Of a stretch of 64,000 bases of DNA, positions 15,771-25,320 are shown piece after piece. The DNA comes from a virus (lineage: Duplodnaviria > Caudoviricetes). The notes under the pieces were generated by a model that saw only the letters and a list, made by a program, of their open reading frames with translations, did not search any database and had not been told where the DNA came from. The stretch is from the IMG/VR virus record IMGVR_UViG_3300005844_000023, positions 1,507-65,506 of that record; one strand, written 5' to 3'. Both the position numbers and the translations under genes were made by a program. The first letter of the stretch is position 1; every line of letters begins with the position of its first letter.

Positions 15771-16977
15771 GCATCCCCGCGATCAGCTCGCGCGCCGCCT
15801 GCCGCAGCATCTTGGCCTCGCCGCAATATTCGAACACCGCGCAGGGGCGCGATCCCATCATCCATTTCTTCTGTTCGAGCGCGTTCTCGCCCGGCTGATG
15901 CGACGCCATCGCGTTGGCGCGATACTTGGCTGCGCGCTCCGATCGCCGCGACGGGGTGTTGACGAGGCTCGACGTCTCGCCCAGCGACGGCGAGAACACC
16001 CCGGGCTTCTTCTTCATCACCCAGCACGGCGATTTGTCGAACGCGCGCACCAGCGCCGGGTGCGCCGGGTAGGTGTGAAACCGATAGCCCGCCGCCTTGT
16101 ACGTCTCGCCCAGCTTGTCGGCGAGCACCATCGCCAGCCCGAGCCCTTGATAGTCCGGCAACGTCACCAACCGCGACAATCCCTTGATGTCGTCGACCTT
16201 GCTGTGCGGGCGATGCAGAACCCCACCGAATGACGCGGGCACCCCCTCCACGAACAGCACGAAACACGCCGCCGCCTTGTGCAGATCGGCGGTCAGATAG
16301 TGAAACGGAGCGAACAGTCGCCACGCGCGGTGATCGACTCGCGCGATCTCGACGCCGAGGGGAGGTCGTCGTTGAACCGACCTCCATTGAAACGTCATCG
16401 TGGCTGGCTCGAATATCCAATCCGGCTGCAACCATTCGATCACGTCATAATGGCACGTCACCGCGATGAACTGCCGCTTGTGCTTGCGGATGAACTTCTG
16501 CACCGCATGCGAGCCGATCTTGGCGACCTGACGATCGACCACGGACGTGAACTCGTCCATCACGATCAGGTCCTTGCGCTCGAGCAACGCGCGCGCAATG
16601 CGCACCCGGAATTGTTCGCCGGTCGACAGCACATGATACGGCTTCATCCATGACGGGATGGTGTTGAACCCGACCGCGGAGCACGCATCGGTGACGTCCT
16701 GAATGCTCAGCGTCTTGGCGAAATCGTCCACCACCGCGCCCTTGCCCCAGGTGTCCTCGACCGGCGCGCCGAACAATTGCCGCGCGATCGTCGATTTGCC
16801 CGCGCCCGAGGGCCCCACGATCAGCCCGACGTTCCATTCGCGCTCGTCGATCGGCAACTCGCCGTTCCATTCGTGGCGCAGCACGTCGCGCGGCGGCACA
16901 TCGAACATGCCCTCCAATTGCATGACGCGTGGCGTGCGCTGCAACTTGCTCTCGACCCTGACCTTGATCGGGATCAT
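15742..16977 (-). CDS. ABC-type ATPase fused to a GNAT acetyltransferase
   Basis: Walker A GPSGAGKS, signature LSTGEQFR, Walker B VMDEF; GNAT acetyl-CoA motif RLVTLPDYQGLGLA. Confidence 0.85.
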   Translation of the reverse strand: MIPIKVRVESKLQRTPRVMQLEGMFDVPPRDVLRHEWNGELPIDEREWNVGLIVGPSGAGKSTIARQLFGAPVEDTWGKGAVVDDFAKTLSIQDVTDACSAVGFNTIPSWMKPYHVLSTGEQFRVRIARALLERKDLIVMDEFTSVVDRQVAKIGSHAVQKFIRKHKRQFIAVTCHYDVIEWLQPDWIFEPATMTFQWRSVQRRPPLGVEIARVDHRAWRLFAPFHYLTADLHKAAACFVLFVEGVPASFGGVLHRPHSKVDDIKGLSRLVTLPDYQGLGLAMVLADKLGETYKAAGYRFHTYPAHPALVRAFDKSPCWVMKKKPGVFSPSLGETSSLVNTPSRRSERAAKYRANAMASHQPGENALEQKKWMMGSRPCAVFEYCGEAKMLRQAARELIAGMHEADMASSG

Positions 16978-17603
16978 GAGATCAATGCCTCGACGTTGAG
17001 GCCCTGCGCCTGCAATTGCTCGATGATGCCGATCTGATGCGTCTCGCTGTCACATCGCACGATCACGGCGTAGCGCAGACCCTCCAATTGCGGCTTGGCC
17101 GTCTCGCCGGTGTCTTCGAGATCGAGCAGCGTGATCAGCGTCTTGTCGCCGAACCCCAGCAACGGCATGTCGAAGCCCGCCAGCTTCAATTCCCCCAATT
17201 CCAGCTTCAGCAACGGAATGTCCCACCCAGCATTGAGCGCGAGCTGGTTGTCCGACAGCCGATAGGCGCGCTTCTCGTCTTCGCTCCAGCCGCGCGCCAC
17301 CGCCACCGGGAGCTCGGCCAGGCCGAGCAGTTGCGCCCCGCGCAGACGGCCGTGGCCGTAGATCAGCACCCCCTCCTCGTCGACCAGAACCGGCGCGGTG
17401 ACGCCGTACGCCTGCATGCTGGCGGCGATCTGCGCCACCTGCTCCTCGCTGTGCGTGCGCGCGTTGTTGGGATACGGGATGATGTCCGCGAGCTTGCGCC
17501 GCTCGATCTTGTCGGCGGGCCATTCGCGCAATTTCTGCGCGGGCGGCTCGACGGGCGGCTTGGCGATCTTGGGTTTGGGCTGCTTCTTGGGCTTGCGCGC
17601 CAT
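16974..17603 (-). CDS. ParB/Srx N-terminal domain protein
   Basis: PYPNNARTH..EQV.QIAAS...G...PVLVD....IYGHGR...A..LG...PV motif. Confidence 0.85.
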   Translation of the reverse strand: MARKPKKQPKPKIAKPPVEPPAQKLREWPADKIERRKLADIIPYPNNARTHSEEQVAQIAASMQAYGVTAPVLVDEEGVLIYGHGRLRGAQLLGLAELPVAVARGWSEDEKRAYRLSDNQLALNAGWDIPLLKLELGELKLAGFDMPLLGFGDKTLITLLDLEDTGETAKPQLEGLRYAVIVRCDSETHQIGIIEQLQAQGLNVEALIS

Positions 17604-17803
17604 TCGCTCCCTCGCGAATCAGGCGCATACCCTAGCAGAATTGGGGCCTGCCGCTCTCACCCACTTCGACAGGCCGATACGGATGCGGAGTTGGATTCTT
17701 CACCCATATCACTGACGGCGGCGGAGACTGACGGGGGGAGCCGGGTGATCCTTCTCGGAGCAAACGCTCGACCCCACCTGCCGGTGAGCACCGTCTTGAC
17801 GAG

Positions 17804-17832
17804 ATATAATTATCGCGCCGCCTCCGTGTCAA
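17804..17832 (-). promoter_or_regulatory. Putative sigma70-type promoter TTGACA-N17-TTATAT
   Basis: Seen on the minus strand; fits the alphaproteobacterial CTTGAC-N17-CTATAT consensus. Confidence 0.55.
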
Positions 17833-18667
17833 ATATTTGCATTAGTTCGTCATTGAAGTCAGAACCGATGCTCGACCACACGGCTTCAACTCTCGACACG
17901 CGCTGTCTCAATTGTCGCAACGCTCTTTCACTCGCCGCGCCGCGCTCTGCCAACACGCGCAGATAATTGACATTCGATATTTTGGGGAAATGCGCGATCG
18001 CGCCCACACTGCCAAGCGCCCACACCGGATGATATGTCGACCGCGCCGCAAGACACGTTTCGATGCCCTCCCCGATCGTGAGCACGCGATGCACCGGTTT
18101 CGGATCGAGCTTCACCGCTGATCCACCCACTGTGCCCAGCATCTTGCGTTCCGTCTTCGGCCAGAGAGCGGCGCGATCCAATCGGATACGATGAATGCCG
18201 GTCAATTCGTTATCCTTTATCGAACGAAATGCCGCCACCAGCGCTGGCACGACGCCCCCTTCCCACGCGCAACGCGGATGATACCGCAACGCCCCCAACG
18301 CGACGTCCGCCGTCAATTCGATGCCACGCGAATTGAGATAGCGTTCGGCCAACGTGTCGCGCGGATCGGTCGCCTGTTCCCATATCTCGAAAGCAAGCAA
18401 GTCACGATCCGATGTTCGTTTGACGTTCGGCTGTTTGGGTTTCTGCCGTTGCGTTGTTTGCTTCGGATCAAGCCCAAGTCGCCCATAGACGTAATCGCGA
18501 CACGCACGCCAATCGTCGTTAGCGTGAGAATAAATCTTTAGCCCGTCGATCGTCGGACGCACCGCGAGAGAACGATCCGCCCGCCCATGCCCCGGACCAG
18601 GGCAGACGACTTGTCCGCCGCTGATCTTTCCTCCCAAGGCTGCCTGTATGCTGCGCAGATCGATCAT
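17810..18667 (-). CDS. Primase-like protein (zinc-binding N-terminus + Toprim-like domain)
   Basis: CPGPGH...RSL.V; LAERYLNSRGI; LRYHP.C; IHRIRL; K.MLG...G.AV.L; IGEGIET.LA. Confidence 0.75.
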   Translation of the reverse strand: MIDLRSIQAALGGKISGGQVVCPGPGHGRADRSLAVRPTIDGLKIYSHANDDWRACRDYVYGRLGLDPKQTTQRQKPKQPNVKRTSDRDLLAFEIWEQATDPRDTLAERYLNSRGIELTADVALGALRYHPRCAWEGGVVPALVAAFRSIKDNELTGIHRIRLDRAALWPKTERKMLGTVGGSAVKLDPKPVHRVLTIGEGIETCLAARSTYHPVWALGSVGAIAHFPKISNVNYLRVLAERGAASERALRQLRQRVSRVEAVWSSIGSDFNDELMQIFDTEAAR

Positions 18668-19068
18668 AACTGCTGCTGCGGTCGAAAAGATCGACGCGAT
18701 TTGCGCCATTCGAGGAACGTGTTCCCCTTATGTTGCGACAGACACAATTCATATTCGCCGAGGCAACATTCGCACCATAATTCGATTGCCACTCCGTGAC
18801 GTCGAGATGATGGATTAGATGATGCCTCGCTGGGGACGATCGCGTGCGACGCTATGCCACCAATATCGACATTGGTTTCGAGCGTGCGTTTTGCATCCTC
18901 CGATCTGTTGTACGTCGTGACCGCCGCGTGATGCAGATTGCCGTTGTAGCCGCATTTCGGGCATTCCAAACACGCGAAACCATCCCCGACGGGAGCGATT
19001 CTCGGCAACGTTCTGAATTGCAGAACACGTTCTAATTTCCTGATTTCAGCCATTGATCGATGCTCCAT
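18664..19068 (-). CDS. Zinc-ribbon-containing hypothetical protein
   Basis: CPKCG...CECC. Confidence 0.55.
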   Translation of the reverse strand: MEHRSMAEIRKLERVLQFRTLPRIAPVGDGFACLECPKCGYNGNLHHAAVTTYNRSEDAKRTLETNVDIGGIASHAIVPSEASSNPSSRRHGVAIELWCECCLGEYELCLSQHKGNTFLEWRKSRRSFRPQQQL

Positions 19069-19214
19069 TGTTGCCGATGCTCATGCGCTGACATCTCGCG
19101 ATAATTCTTGTCGCATTCGCTGTGACGATAGGTGACCACCGTCATGTTGCCGAGAAGACAAGCGACGTTGGCATTCGGCTTGCCGCATATCTCGCAAATC
19201 TCCTTCCCGGTCAT
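19032..19214 (-). CDS. Small CxxC protein
   Basis: ATGA overlap with the helicase stop. Confidence 0.5.
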   Translation of the reverse strand: MTGKEICEICGKPNANVACLLGNMTVVTYRHSECDKNYREMSAHEHRQQWSIDQWLKSGN

Positions 19215-20854
19215 TGAAATTCCTCCACGTCTTCCTCGGTCAACAGCGTGCCAGGAATGAATTGCGGTTTGATCTTCGTGTCATCGATCTCGCTCTCGAT
19301 CGGATTGTCACCGCCTTTGCCGTTCATGTAGCCGTAGCCGAAGCCGTCGGCGCGCGCCTTCGCCTTTCGAATGTTGCGACTCTTCATCCACGCGGCGAGG
19401 TCCATGCTCGGGGCGTCGAAATACGGCCGCCAGTCCATCGAATGTCGTTGCGGCCATACGCCATAGATTTCGCGGTATCGATGCGCGGCATAGCCATCCT
19501 TCTTGCCGTATTTCCGACTGTGCCAAAGCAATTGCGCGTAGACGCGCGCCTTATCCCTCGGTTCCTTGCCGAGCTTGCGCGCGATCGCCGCCTCCTTAAT
19601 CTCGTCGGGGTCCACCTCCTGCAATGTGCCTGGCATCACGTAGACCGGCCGCCCATGATGTTCGGTCTTGTGCCCGCAGTTCGGGCACAACGCGAGCCGC
19701 GGCGGCTTGATGTATTTGCATTTCGGGCACGTCTTCGGGAGTTCTATCGGCACCTCAGCGTTGATCCGCGGTCGGCCGTTGTCGAGTTCGTCGTGATGGA
19801 TTTGCGTCACGAGGCCCAAACGCGTCGTCGTCTCGCTGTGATCGAGCACGATCAGATTCGTCTTGCCGGGTGCCGTGCGCAGACCGCGACCAACGTTCTG
19901 CACCCATCGCATTTCAGAACGTGTCGGCCGACAATATGAAATGCACGACACTTCCGGCCAATCGCAGCCCAACCCAAGCACATCCACGTTCGCCACGACC
20001 TTGATCTCGCCGGACAGCATCTTCTCGCGCGTCTCCTTGCGCATCAACGATGGCGTCTTGCAATCCACGAACGCTGCGGGCACCCCGTTGGCATTGAATT
20101 CCTGCGACAAGCGCTCGGCGTGCGCGCGATCGACGGCGAAACAGATGGTCGGACGACCCTCTGCCTTCTCGATCCATGTCTGCACGATGTCAGCGACGAG
20201 CTTCTTGTCGCCCATCACTTGAATGAGGTCTTCCTCGACGTAATCACCATCAGCACCAGCGCGCTTTCGCACCCGGGAAAGATCGGGGTTGATCGTACCG
20301 GCAAAGACTTTGATCGGCACAAGCGTACCCTGCTTGATCATATTGCCGATGCTGTTGCCCACGACGAGCTTGGTGAAATACGCGCCAAGCCCACAACGCC
20401 ACGGCGTAGCCGACATGCCGATGATCGGCACTCGTCTGTCGCGCTCACCGGCAACCCACGTTCCCATGAATTGCCACCAGCAATGCACTTCGTCGATCAG
20501 CACGAGGTCCATGCTCGGAATCTCGCGCTGTTGCAGCGTCGCGACGCTCGCGATCTGCACCGGCTTGCTGTAATCCGTCATCCGATTGTTGGATTGAATG
20601 ACCCCGATCAACTCCTCGGGAACGCCGTGCTCGATAAGTCGAGCGATGGTCTGATCGATCAGCCCGATCAGCGGCACCGTGATCATCGAACGCTTGTTTT
20701 TCGTCAACGCCCGTTTGATCACGTCCGCCGCGAGCACCGTCTTTCCCCAGCCCGTCGGGCTTTGCAGACAGATACGACGCTCGCCATTACCAACCGCTTC
20801 ACGCAGTTCCGCAATCGCCTCCGATTGATCGTCTCGTAATGTTTTCGCCAACAT
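19211..20854 (-). CDS. SF2 (DEAD/H-like) DNA helicase with C-terminal zinc ribbon
   Basis: PTGWGKT, DEVH, SAT, LGLGCD.P, QNVGRGLR, CPKC..CPNC; preceded by GGAGACTGAC. Confidence 0.9.
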   Translation of the reverse strand: MLAKTLRDDQSEAIAELREAVGNGERRICLQSPTGWGKTVLAADVIKRALTKNKRSMITVPLIGLIDQTIARLIEHGVPEELIGVIQSNNRMTDYSKPVQIASVATLQQREIPSMDLVLIDEVHCWWQFMGTWVAGERDRRVPIIGMSATPWRCGLGAYFTKLVVGNSIGNMIKQGTLVPIKVFAGTINPDLSRVRKRAGADGDYVEEDLIQVMGDKKLVADIVQTWIEKAEGRPTICFAVDRAHAERLSQEFNANGVPAAFVDCKTPSLMRKETREKMLSGEIKVVANVDVLGLGCDWPEVSCISYCRPTRSEMRWVQNVGRGLRTAPGKTNLIVLDHSETTTRLGLVTQIHHDELDNGRPRINAEVPIELPKTCPKCKYIKPPRLALCPNCGHKTEHHGRPVYVMPGTLQEVDPDEIKEAAIARKLGKEPRDKARVYAQLLWHSRKYGKKDGYAAHRYREIYGVWPQRHSMDWRPYFDAPSMDLAAWMKSRNIRKAKARADGFGYGYMNGKGGDNPIESEIDDTKIKPQFIPGTLLTEEDVEEFQ

Positions 20855-20876
20855 TGTCAGTCTCCATGGTTAAGTC

Positions 20877-21287
20877 TCAGCGTGGGTATCTCGCGCGCAT
20901 CTCCTGCATGACTCGTTTCGTATGCTCGATGCCGTCGAGACGGCGATCGACCTCAGCGTTTACCGATTCATTTGTGTTGAAAAATTTGTCGTTGGCGATC
21001 TCGCGAACATCTCGTTCGATCGCCTGCCGCAGCCATCGACCAGCAGGATCGAATTTCATGTGCTGTGTTTCAGAACGACAATTGACGATCTCCGTGATCG
21101 CTTTCGGCTTGAGATTCTGCTCGCACATGAAGCAGATCGCTCGACCATCATTGTCATCGCTGACGGAATGTGTTCTTCGCAAAAGTCCTCCTGTAGACCA
21201 CATTCGACAGACCGTATCCTCACCATCCCATAGATGAGCTTTATGTTTCCTCTTTCGTTTGTTGATCAGATATTTTCCTGTCCACAT
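20877..21287 (-). CDS. Hypothetical protein
   Basis: ORF with GGAG upstream. Confidence 0.55.
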   Translation of the reverse strand: MWTGKYLINKRKRKHKAHLWDGEDTVCRMWSTGGLLRRTHSVSDDNDGRAICFMCEQNLKPKAITEIVNCRSETQHMKFDPAGRWLRQAIERDVREIANDKFFNTNESVNAEVDRRLDGIEHTKRVMQEMRARYPR

Positions 21288-21877
21288 TTTCTAATCTCCT
21301 CTACCTTTCTTCTCTTAGGTCAGGTCAAGGGTTCGACTGCGGTTCGAGGATGCCGCACCCCCCTTACCCCCCACAGTCAAAGACCATGGACAGGGCAGGG
21401 GAGAACGGCTCTCAGTCTGGTCAATGGGACAGACTTGGGACTGAGTTGCCGCGAGCAGGTTTTTTTCCGTCCCCGCCCTGGTTCCGCTGCGTTTCCGCAG
21501 GTTCGCCTACACCCGACGCCGCGCGGAAAAGCCCCACGCGTTGGCACGCGAAATCTCGCCCACGCGCATCGCTGCGCGCGAGAGTTGCTGTTTTATTCAA
21601 TTGGTGCTAAGTGCTTGGGCACTCGGCAGCCTCCGACTGTACGAGTCACACCCGATGCGCCGTCACACGCGATCGGAACCATTAGCGGGCCCTCGGTCGA
21701 ACTCCGGGGGCCCGTTCTCTTTTCTGCGAATCAGAATCGAGCGACGCGCATTGACGCGCCTTTTTTGCCCGGTGTCAAACATGCCAAATGCGTTCGACAA
21801 AAGCGGGCTCGTCCGGCAGCAATTGGCCGGTAGTCACTCAGGACAGTAGCCTGCGAAATTCTAGGTGCCTGTTGAGA

Positions 21878-22378
21878 TCAGGCGGCGCGCTGTGCGGGTC
21901 CGCGATGCGGGCGAGGCGCGTATGCTATGCGGTCGTGGTACGGGCAGTAGACCGAACCATCTTTTTTGTCGTGGGCGCAGAAGCCAAAGTTGGGTCTGCC
22001 CGGATCACCGATCGGCCAACGGCATTGATGCTCTTCCATTTCGAAAAGCTGGAGCATCTTTGGCACCGGTGCGTCTTGCATCGTCGTAGTCCTCCACTCA
22101 GGACACGCTTTCAACTGTGTGAAAGGCGGTCCGTTCCCCGCTGGCCGCAAATATGGCCGACGCGGTGCTTTGCGTATCGCGTCCGTCAGCGAGGTCGGTC
22201 GGATCGATCTGACTCGCGGCTTGCGATGCTCGAGCCCGTTGGCCTCGGCGATGCGGTGCACCTTGCCGATCACGGCATTGCGGCTGAACCCCAGCTCGTT
22301 GCCGATCTCGCGTGCGCTTGATCCGTCTTTCCACATCACGACCAGGCGTTCCGTTTTCAAGATCGTCCAATCCGTCAT
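21878..22378 (-). CDS. gcrA: GcrA-like cell-cycle regulator homolog
   Basis: W....ERL..MW.DG.SA.EIG..LG.SRNAVIGKVHR and C-terminal CRWPIGDP....F.FC......S.YCPYH..IAY. Confidence 0.9.
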   Translation of the reverse strand: MTDWTILKTERLVVMWKDGSSAREIGNELGFSRNAVIGKVHRIAEANGLEHRKPRVRSIRPTSLTDAIRKAPRRPYLRPAGNGPPFTQLKACPEWRTTTMQDAPVPKMLQLFEMEEHQCRWPIGDPGRPNFGFCAHDKKDGSVYCPYHDRIAYAPRPHRGPAQRAA

Positions 22379-22503
22379 AGATTCCTCCTGCGGGGCGGTT
22401 GTCAAACTTTTGGATGGCGGGCCTCCACCGTATCTGAGTCGGGCATTGTGCAAAGCGAGGGAATTCCTCAGCGAGATCAATGCGGGCGATGTGTTCTGAT
22501 GTC

Positions 22504-23085
22504 TCAGTCACGCGAACCTCGCAATTCATTCCCCCAAACGCTCCATCCCTTCGTGCGCTCGCGTGCGAACAATTCGAGATACGGTCCCGGCACCAGCCGC
22601 ATGATGCGTTCGCGCACGATCGCGGGCTTGGCGCTGTGCTTTGCGACCGGCCGCAAGATCACCTGCGGCACGTCGCGCGCGAGCCGCGTTGGCGATCCTC
22701 TCGTTGCGAGCAGGCACGGCTCGGTGTTGGCGCGGGTCCAATAGCCCATGCCGAAATGAAGACGTTGACCGCTGCGCGATAACTTGGTCCACGCAAAGGC
22801 GCAGGTCTTGTATTCGAAGCCCCACGCGTCGATCACCGAAAACGCATCGAGCAAATTGGGCCACGTCGCCCACAAGAACAATGCGCAATCGTCCGCCGCC
22901 AGATCGGTCACCGGCAATGCGCGCAATTCGTCGAGCGCGAGCGTCTTGTAATGGATCGCGTTGCTGTCACGCGTGCGCGAACTTCGAATGGCTGTCGCGC
23001 CGCTCCATAGCCGAAAACGCCACGGCGGATCAGCGAGGATCGCGCCGTAGTGCGCGCGTTTCAGATTATGAAAGATCGCAGGCAC
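22504..23085 (-). CDS. MT-A70 family adenine methyltransferase
   Basis: ILADPPW, LFLWAT, WGFEYKT, GMGYWTRANTE.CL.ATRG, HSAKP, LELFAR. Confidence 0.9.
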   Translation of the reverse strand: MPAIFHNLKRAHYGAILADPPWRFRLWSGATAIRSSRTRDSNAIHYKTLALDELRALPVTDLAADDCALFLWATWPNLLDAFSVIDAWGFEYKTCAFAWTKLSRSGQRLHFGMGYWTRANTEPCLLATRGSPTRLARDVPQVILRPVAKHSAKPAIVRERIMRLVPGPYLELFARERTKGWSVWGNELRGSRD

Positions 23086-23497
23086 GAAACGTCACGACGG
23101 TTTGCGGTTGAGCGCCGAATCGCTTGCGAGCCACGATCGCGACGATCTGCGCGTCGTCGCGAAAAGCAATGCGTCGGCACCCGTCGAGCAACGATTTGAT
23201 CAGGTTGTCGAGGTCAGGTGCCACGTCCGGCAGGATCAATCCCAGCCGCGCGTCATTCTTCTGCGCGGCAGACCAACTCGCCGGAATCGGCAGATCGAAT
23301 TGCACGTCCATGATCAGTGGCCCTTGCAAAGGCGGGCGGGCTCGCATGGCAATTTTGGCGAGCCAGCCAACGGTGCGTTCGAATGCGCGAGTGTTCGCTG
23401 GCGTGTAGACGCGTCCGCGCCCGAAGACGGGCCGACCTTTCGGGATCGGCACGCCGTCGATCGTCAGCGTGACAGCGTCTCGCCGATCTCTTTCCAT
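23066..23497 (-). CDS. rusA: RusA-like Holliday junction resolvase
   Basis: PKGRP...YTP..T..FE; PDLDNLIKSLLDG.....DDAQIV. Confidence 0.88.
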   Translation of the reverse strand: MERDRRDAVTLTIDGVPIPKGRPVFGRGRVYTPANTRAFERTVGWLAKIAMRARPPLQGPLIMDVQFDLPIPASWSAAQKNDARLGLILPDVAPDLDNLIKSLLDGCRRIAFRDDAQIVAIVARKRFGAQPQTVVTFRACDLS

Positions 23498-23676
23498 ACG
23501 CGCGTCGCTCGCTGTCGCCGCACGGCGCGCAGATCGATGCCTGCCTCGCGCGCCCAATAATCCACCGTCGGTCGCGTCACGCGATAACGCAGCAGGCGCA
23601 CCACGTCGGCGACGGTGAGTTCACCCTCGGCAAGCAGCGCCACCGCCTTGCGTCGCGCGCGTTCGTTCACTCTCAT
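23464..23676 (-). CDS. Small HTH-like protein
   Basis: LT.ADV.RLL...VTRPTVDYW; divergent from the HNH gene across an AT-rich gap. Confidence 0.5.
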   Translation of the reverse strand: MRVNERARRKAVALLAEGELTVADVVRLLRYRVTRPTVDYWAREAGIDLRAVRRQRATRVWKEIGETLSR

Positions 23677-23752
23677 GATCGTTCTCCCAAATTTTTGACA
23701 TCGCAATGAACGTAATTTATGAATTTGAAACTTGCAAATTTTCGAGTCGTCG

Positions 23753-24121
23753 ATGAAGAGAGCGCGCAAACATATTCCGCTGCTGGAACGCTACGCGGCC
23801 GCGTTGGCGTGTCTGCTGCCGCAGGAGGATCGAGACTTCTTTCGCAAAACGCATTCGCCCGCCGCTTCGGTTATCGCGCGTTTCGAGATCGATCACATCA
23901 CACTATTTGCATTCGGCGGCAGCGACGCATGGTGGAATCTCGATCCGAAATTGAAGGCGGTACATCGCGAGAAGTCACGTCGAGATACATCGATCGTTGC
24001 CAAGGCCAAGCGCATTGACGAAGCCAAATGGCGCGAGTTCACTCGCGTCGGCAAGAAGCGTCCAGCACGAATCAGCAAATGGCCACGAGGTCGGTGGCCG
24101 AAACAACGGAGACTGACATGA
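23753..24121 (+). CDS. HNH-like endonuclease
   Basis: EIDHI.LFAFGGSD..WNL.P....H..KS..D. Confidence 0.75.
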   Translation: MKRARKHIPLLERYAAALACLLPQEDRDFFRKTHSPAASVIARFEIDHITLFAFGGSDAWWNLDPKLKAVHREKSRRDTSIVAKAKRIDEAKWREFTRVGKKRPARISKWPRGRWPKQRRLT

Positions 24122-25320
24122 GACTGCACATCTTCGAGACGATGCATAAGGGGTGGCTAGCGTTGCTGGCGCGTCTGCATCTCAGAAATGTCGGGATCGA
24201 CGAGCCCCCGCCGGTGGTGGAAATGCCCGTCGACATAAAAGAAGAGACGCAACGAGAGGGGATGCAAGACGAAGAGACGCGAACAGCGCCGCAACAGGAA
24301 GAAACGCAAGCCGAGCAGGCCGAGAAAATCGAGAACAAGAAGACGGAGGAAAAACGCGAACGTCTGCGACGCGGCATCAGGGAACGCGTTGCCGAGGAAT
24401 GCAATCTTCTGCTCGATCGTTTGGCTGATCTGCGCCATCGCAACAATGTGGATCGCGAGGGCAAGCGCGATGTCGAGCGCGCATTGCAGGCGTTGATGGG
24501 CGCAGACATTCATTTGATGTCAAGCGTGACCGATGATCTGCCGCAGGGGGGAAGCAGATTCGCGATGATGAAGCCCAAGCCGGAGGAGACGGCAGAATAC
24601 GCCGAAGCGATCTGGCCGATCGACATCACGACGGCTGCTTATTACGAGGAAGGCGACGACGAATACAAATGCCCGATGTGGGACATCAAGCGCGTCGTCA
24701 CAGCCAGCCCCGCGTCGCTGCGTGGACGCATCAACATCGTTCCGAAAAAATTGCTCACCGTCGCCAATTGTCGACTCTATGACAACGGCAAGTGGTGGGT
24801 CGAGGAAGTCCCGTATGGTCTGATCGGGAACAAATGGCTCACCGCCGACTCCCGCATGACGGGCGAGCGATGGGTTGCGCCGGGCGTCGTGTGGGGTCAT
24901 GGGCGCAGACCGACGGCTAGAAGCCTGACGTTGGCGTTCCATTTCTCGCTGGCTCTCAGCGAGCGTTATCAGTGGCAGGCGGCGCTCGGCTTTGACAAAG
25001 TTGGGCCGCGCATTCTGTTGCCGACGAGTCCGCAAGGCTGTCTGTCGTTGTTTCGTGATCGCAACAAGCGCGATGGTCGCAGCCGCCGCGATGCTTTGCG
25101 GCATTGGGTCGCCACGCATTATCGCGACGACGACGATCTGGGGTTGGTCTATGTGCGCGATCATCTGCGCGGCGCGACCGAGTTTCGCTGGCGCGATCTC
25201 GAATGCGAATTGTTGGTGAGCGAATTCGATCTGGAAAAAAACGAGTTGTTCCGCAAAGAGGCGGCGGAATGGCGATCGAAACGCAAGGACAACCGGGTCA
25301 AGGTGAGGATCAAACGATGA
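24118..25320 (+). CDS. Hypothetical protein (400 aa)
   Basis: GGAGACTGAC start; long ORF packed between neighbours. Confidence 0.7.
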   Translation: MRLHIFETMHKGWLALLARLHLRNVGIDEPPPVVEMPVDIKEETQREGMQDEETRTAPQQEETQAEQAEKIENKKTEEKRERLRRGIRERVAEECNLLLDRLADLRHRNNVDREGKRDVERALQALMGADIHLMSSVTDDLPQGGSRFAMMKPKPEETAEYAEAIWPIDITTAAYYEEGDDEYKCPMWDIKRVVTASPASLRGRINIVPKKLLTVANCRLYDNGKWWVEEVPYGLIGNKWLTADSRMTGERWVAPGVVWGHGRRPTARSLTLAFHFSLALSERYQWQAALGFDKVGPRILLPTSPQGCLSLFRDRNKRDGRSRRDALRHWVATHYRDDDDLGLVYVRDHLRGATEFRWRDLECELLVSEFDLEKNELFRKEAAEWRSKRKDNRVKVRIKR

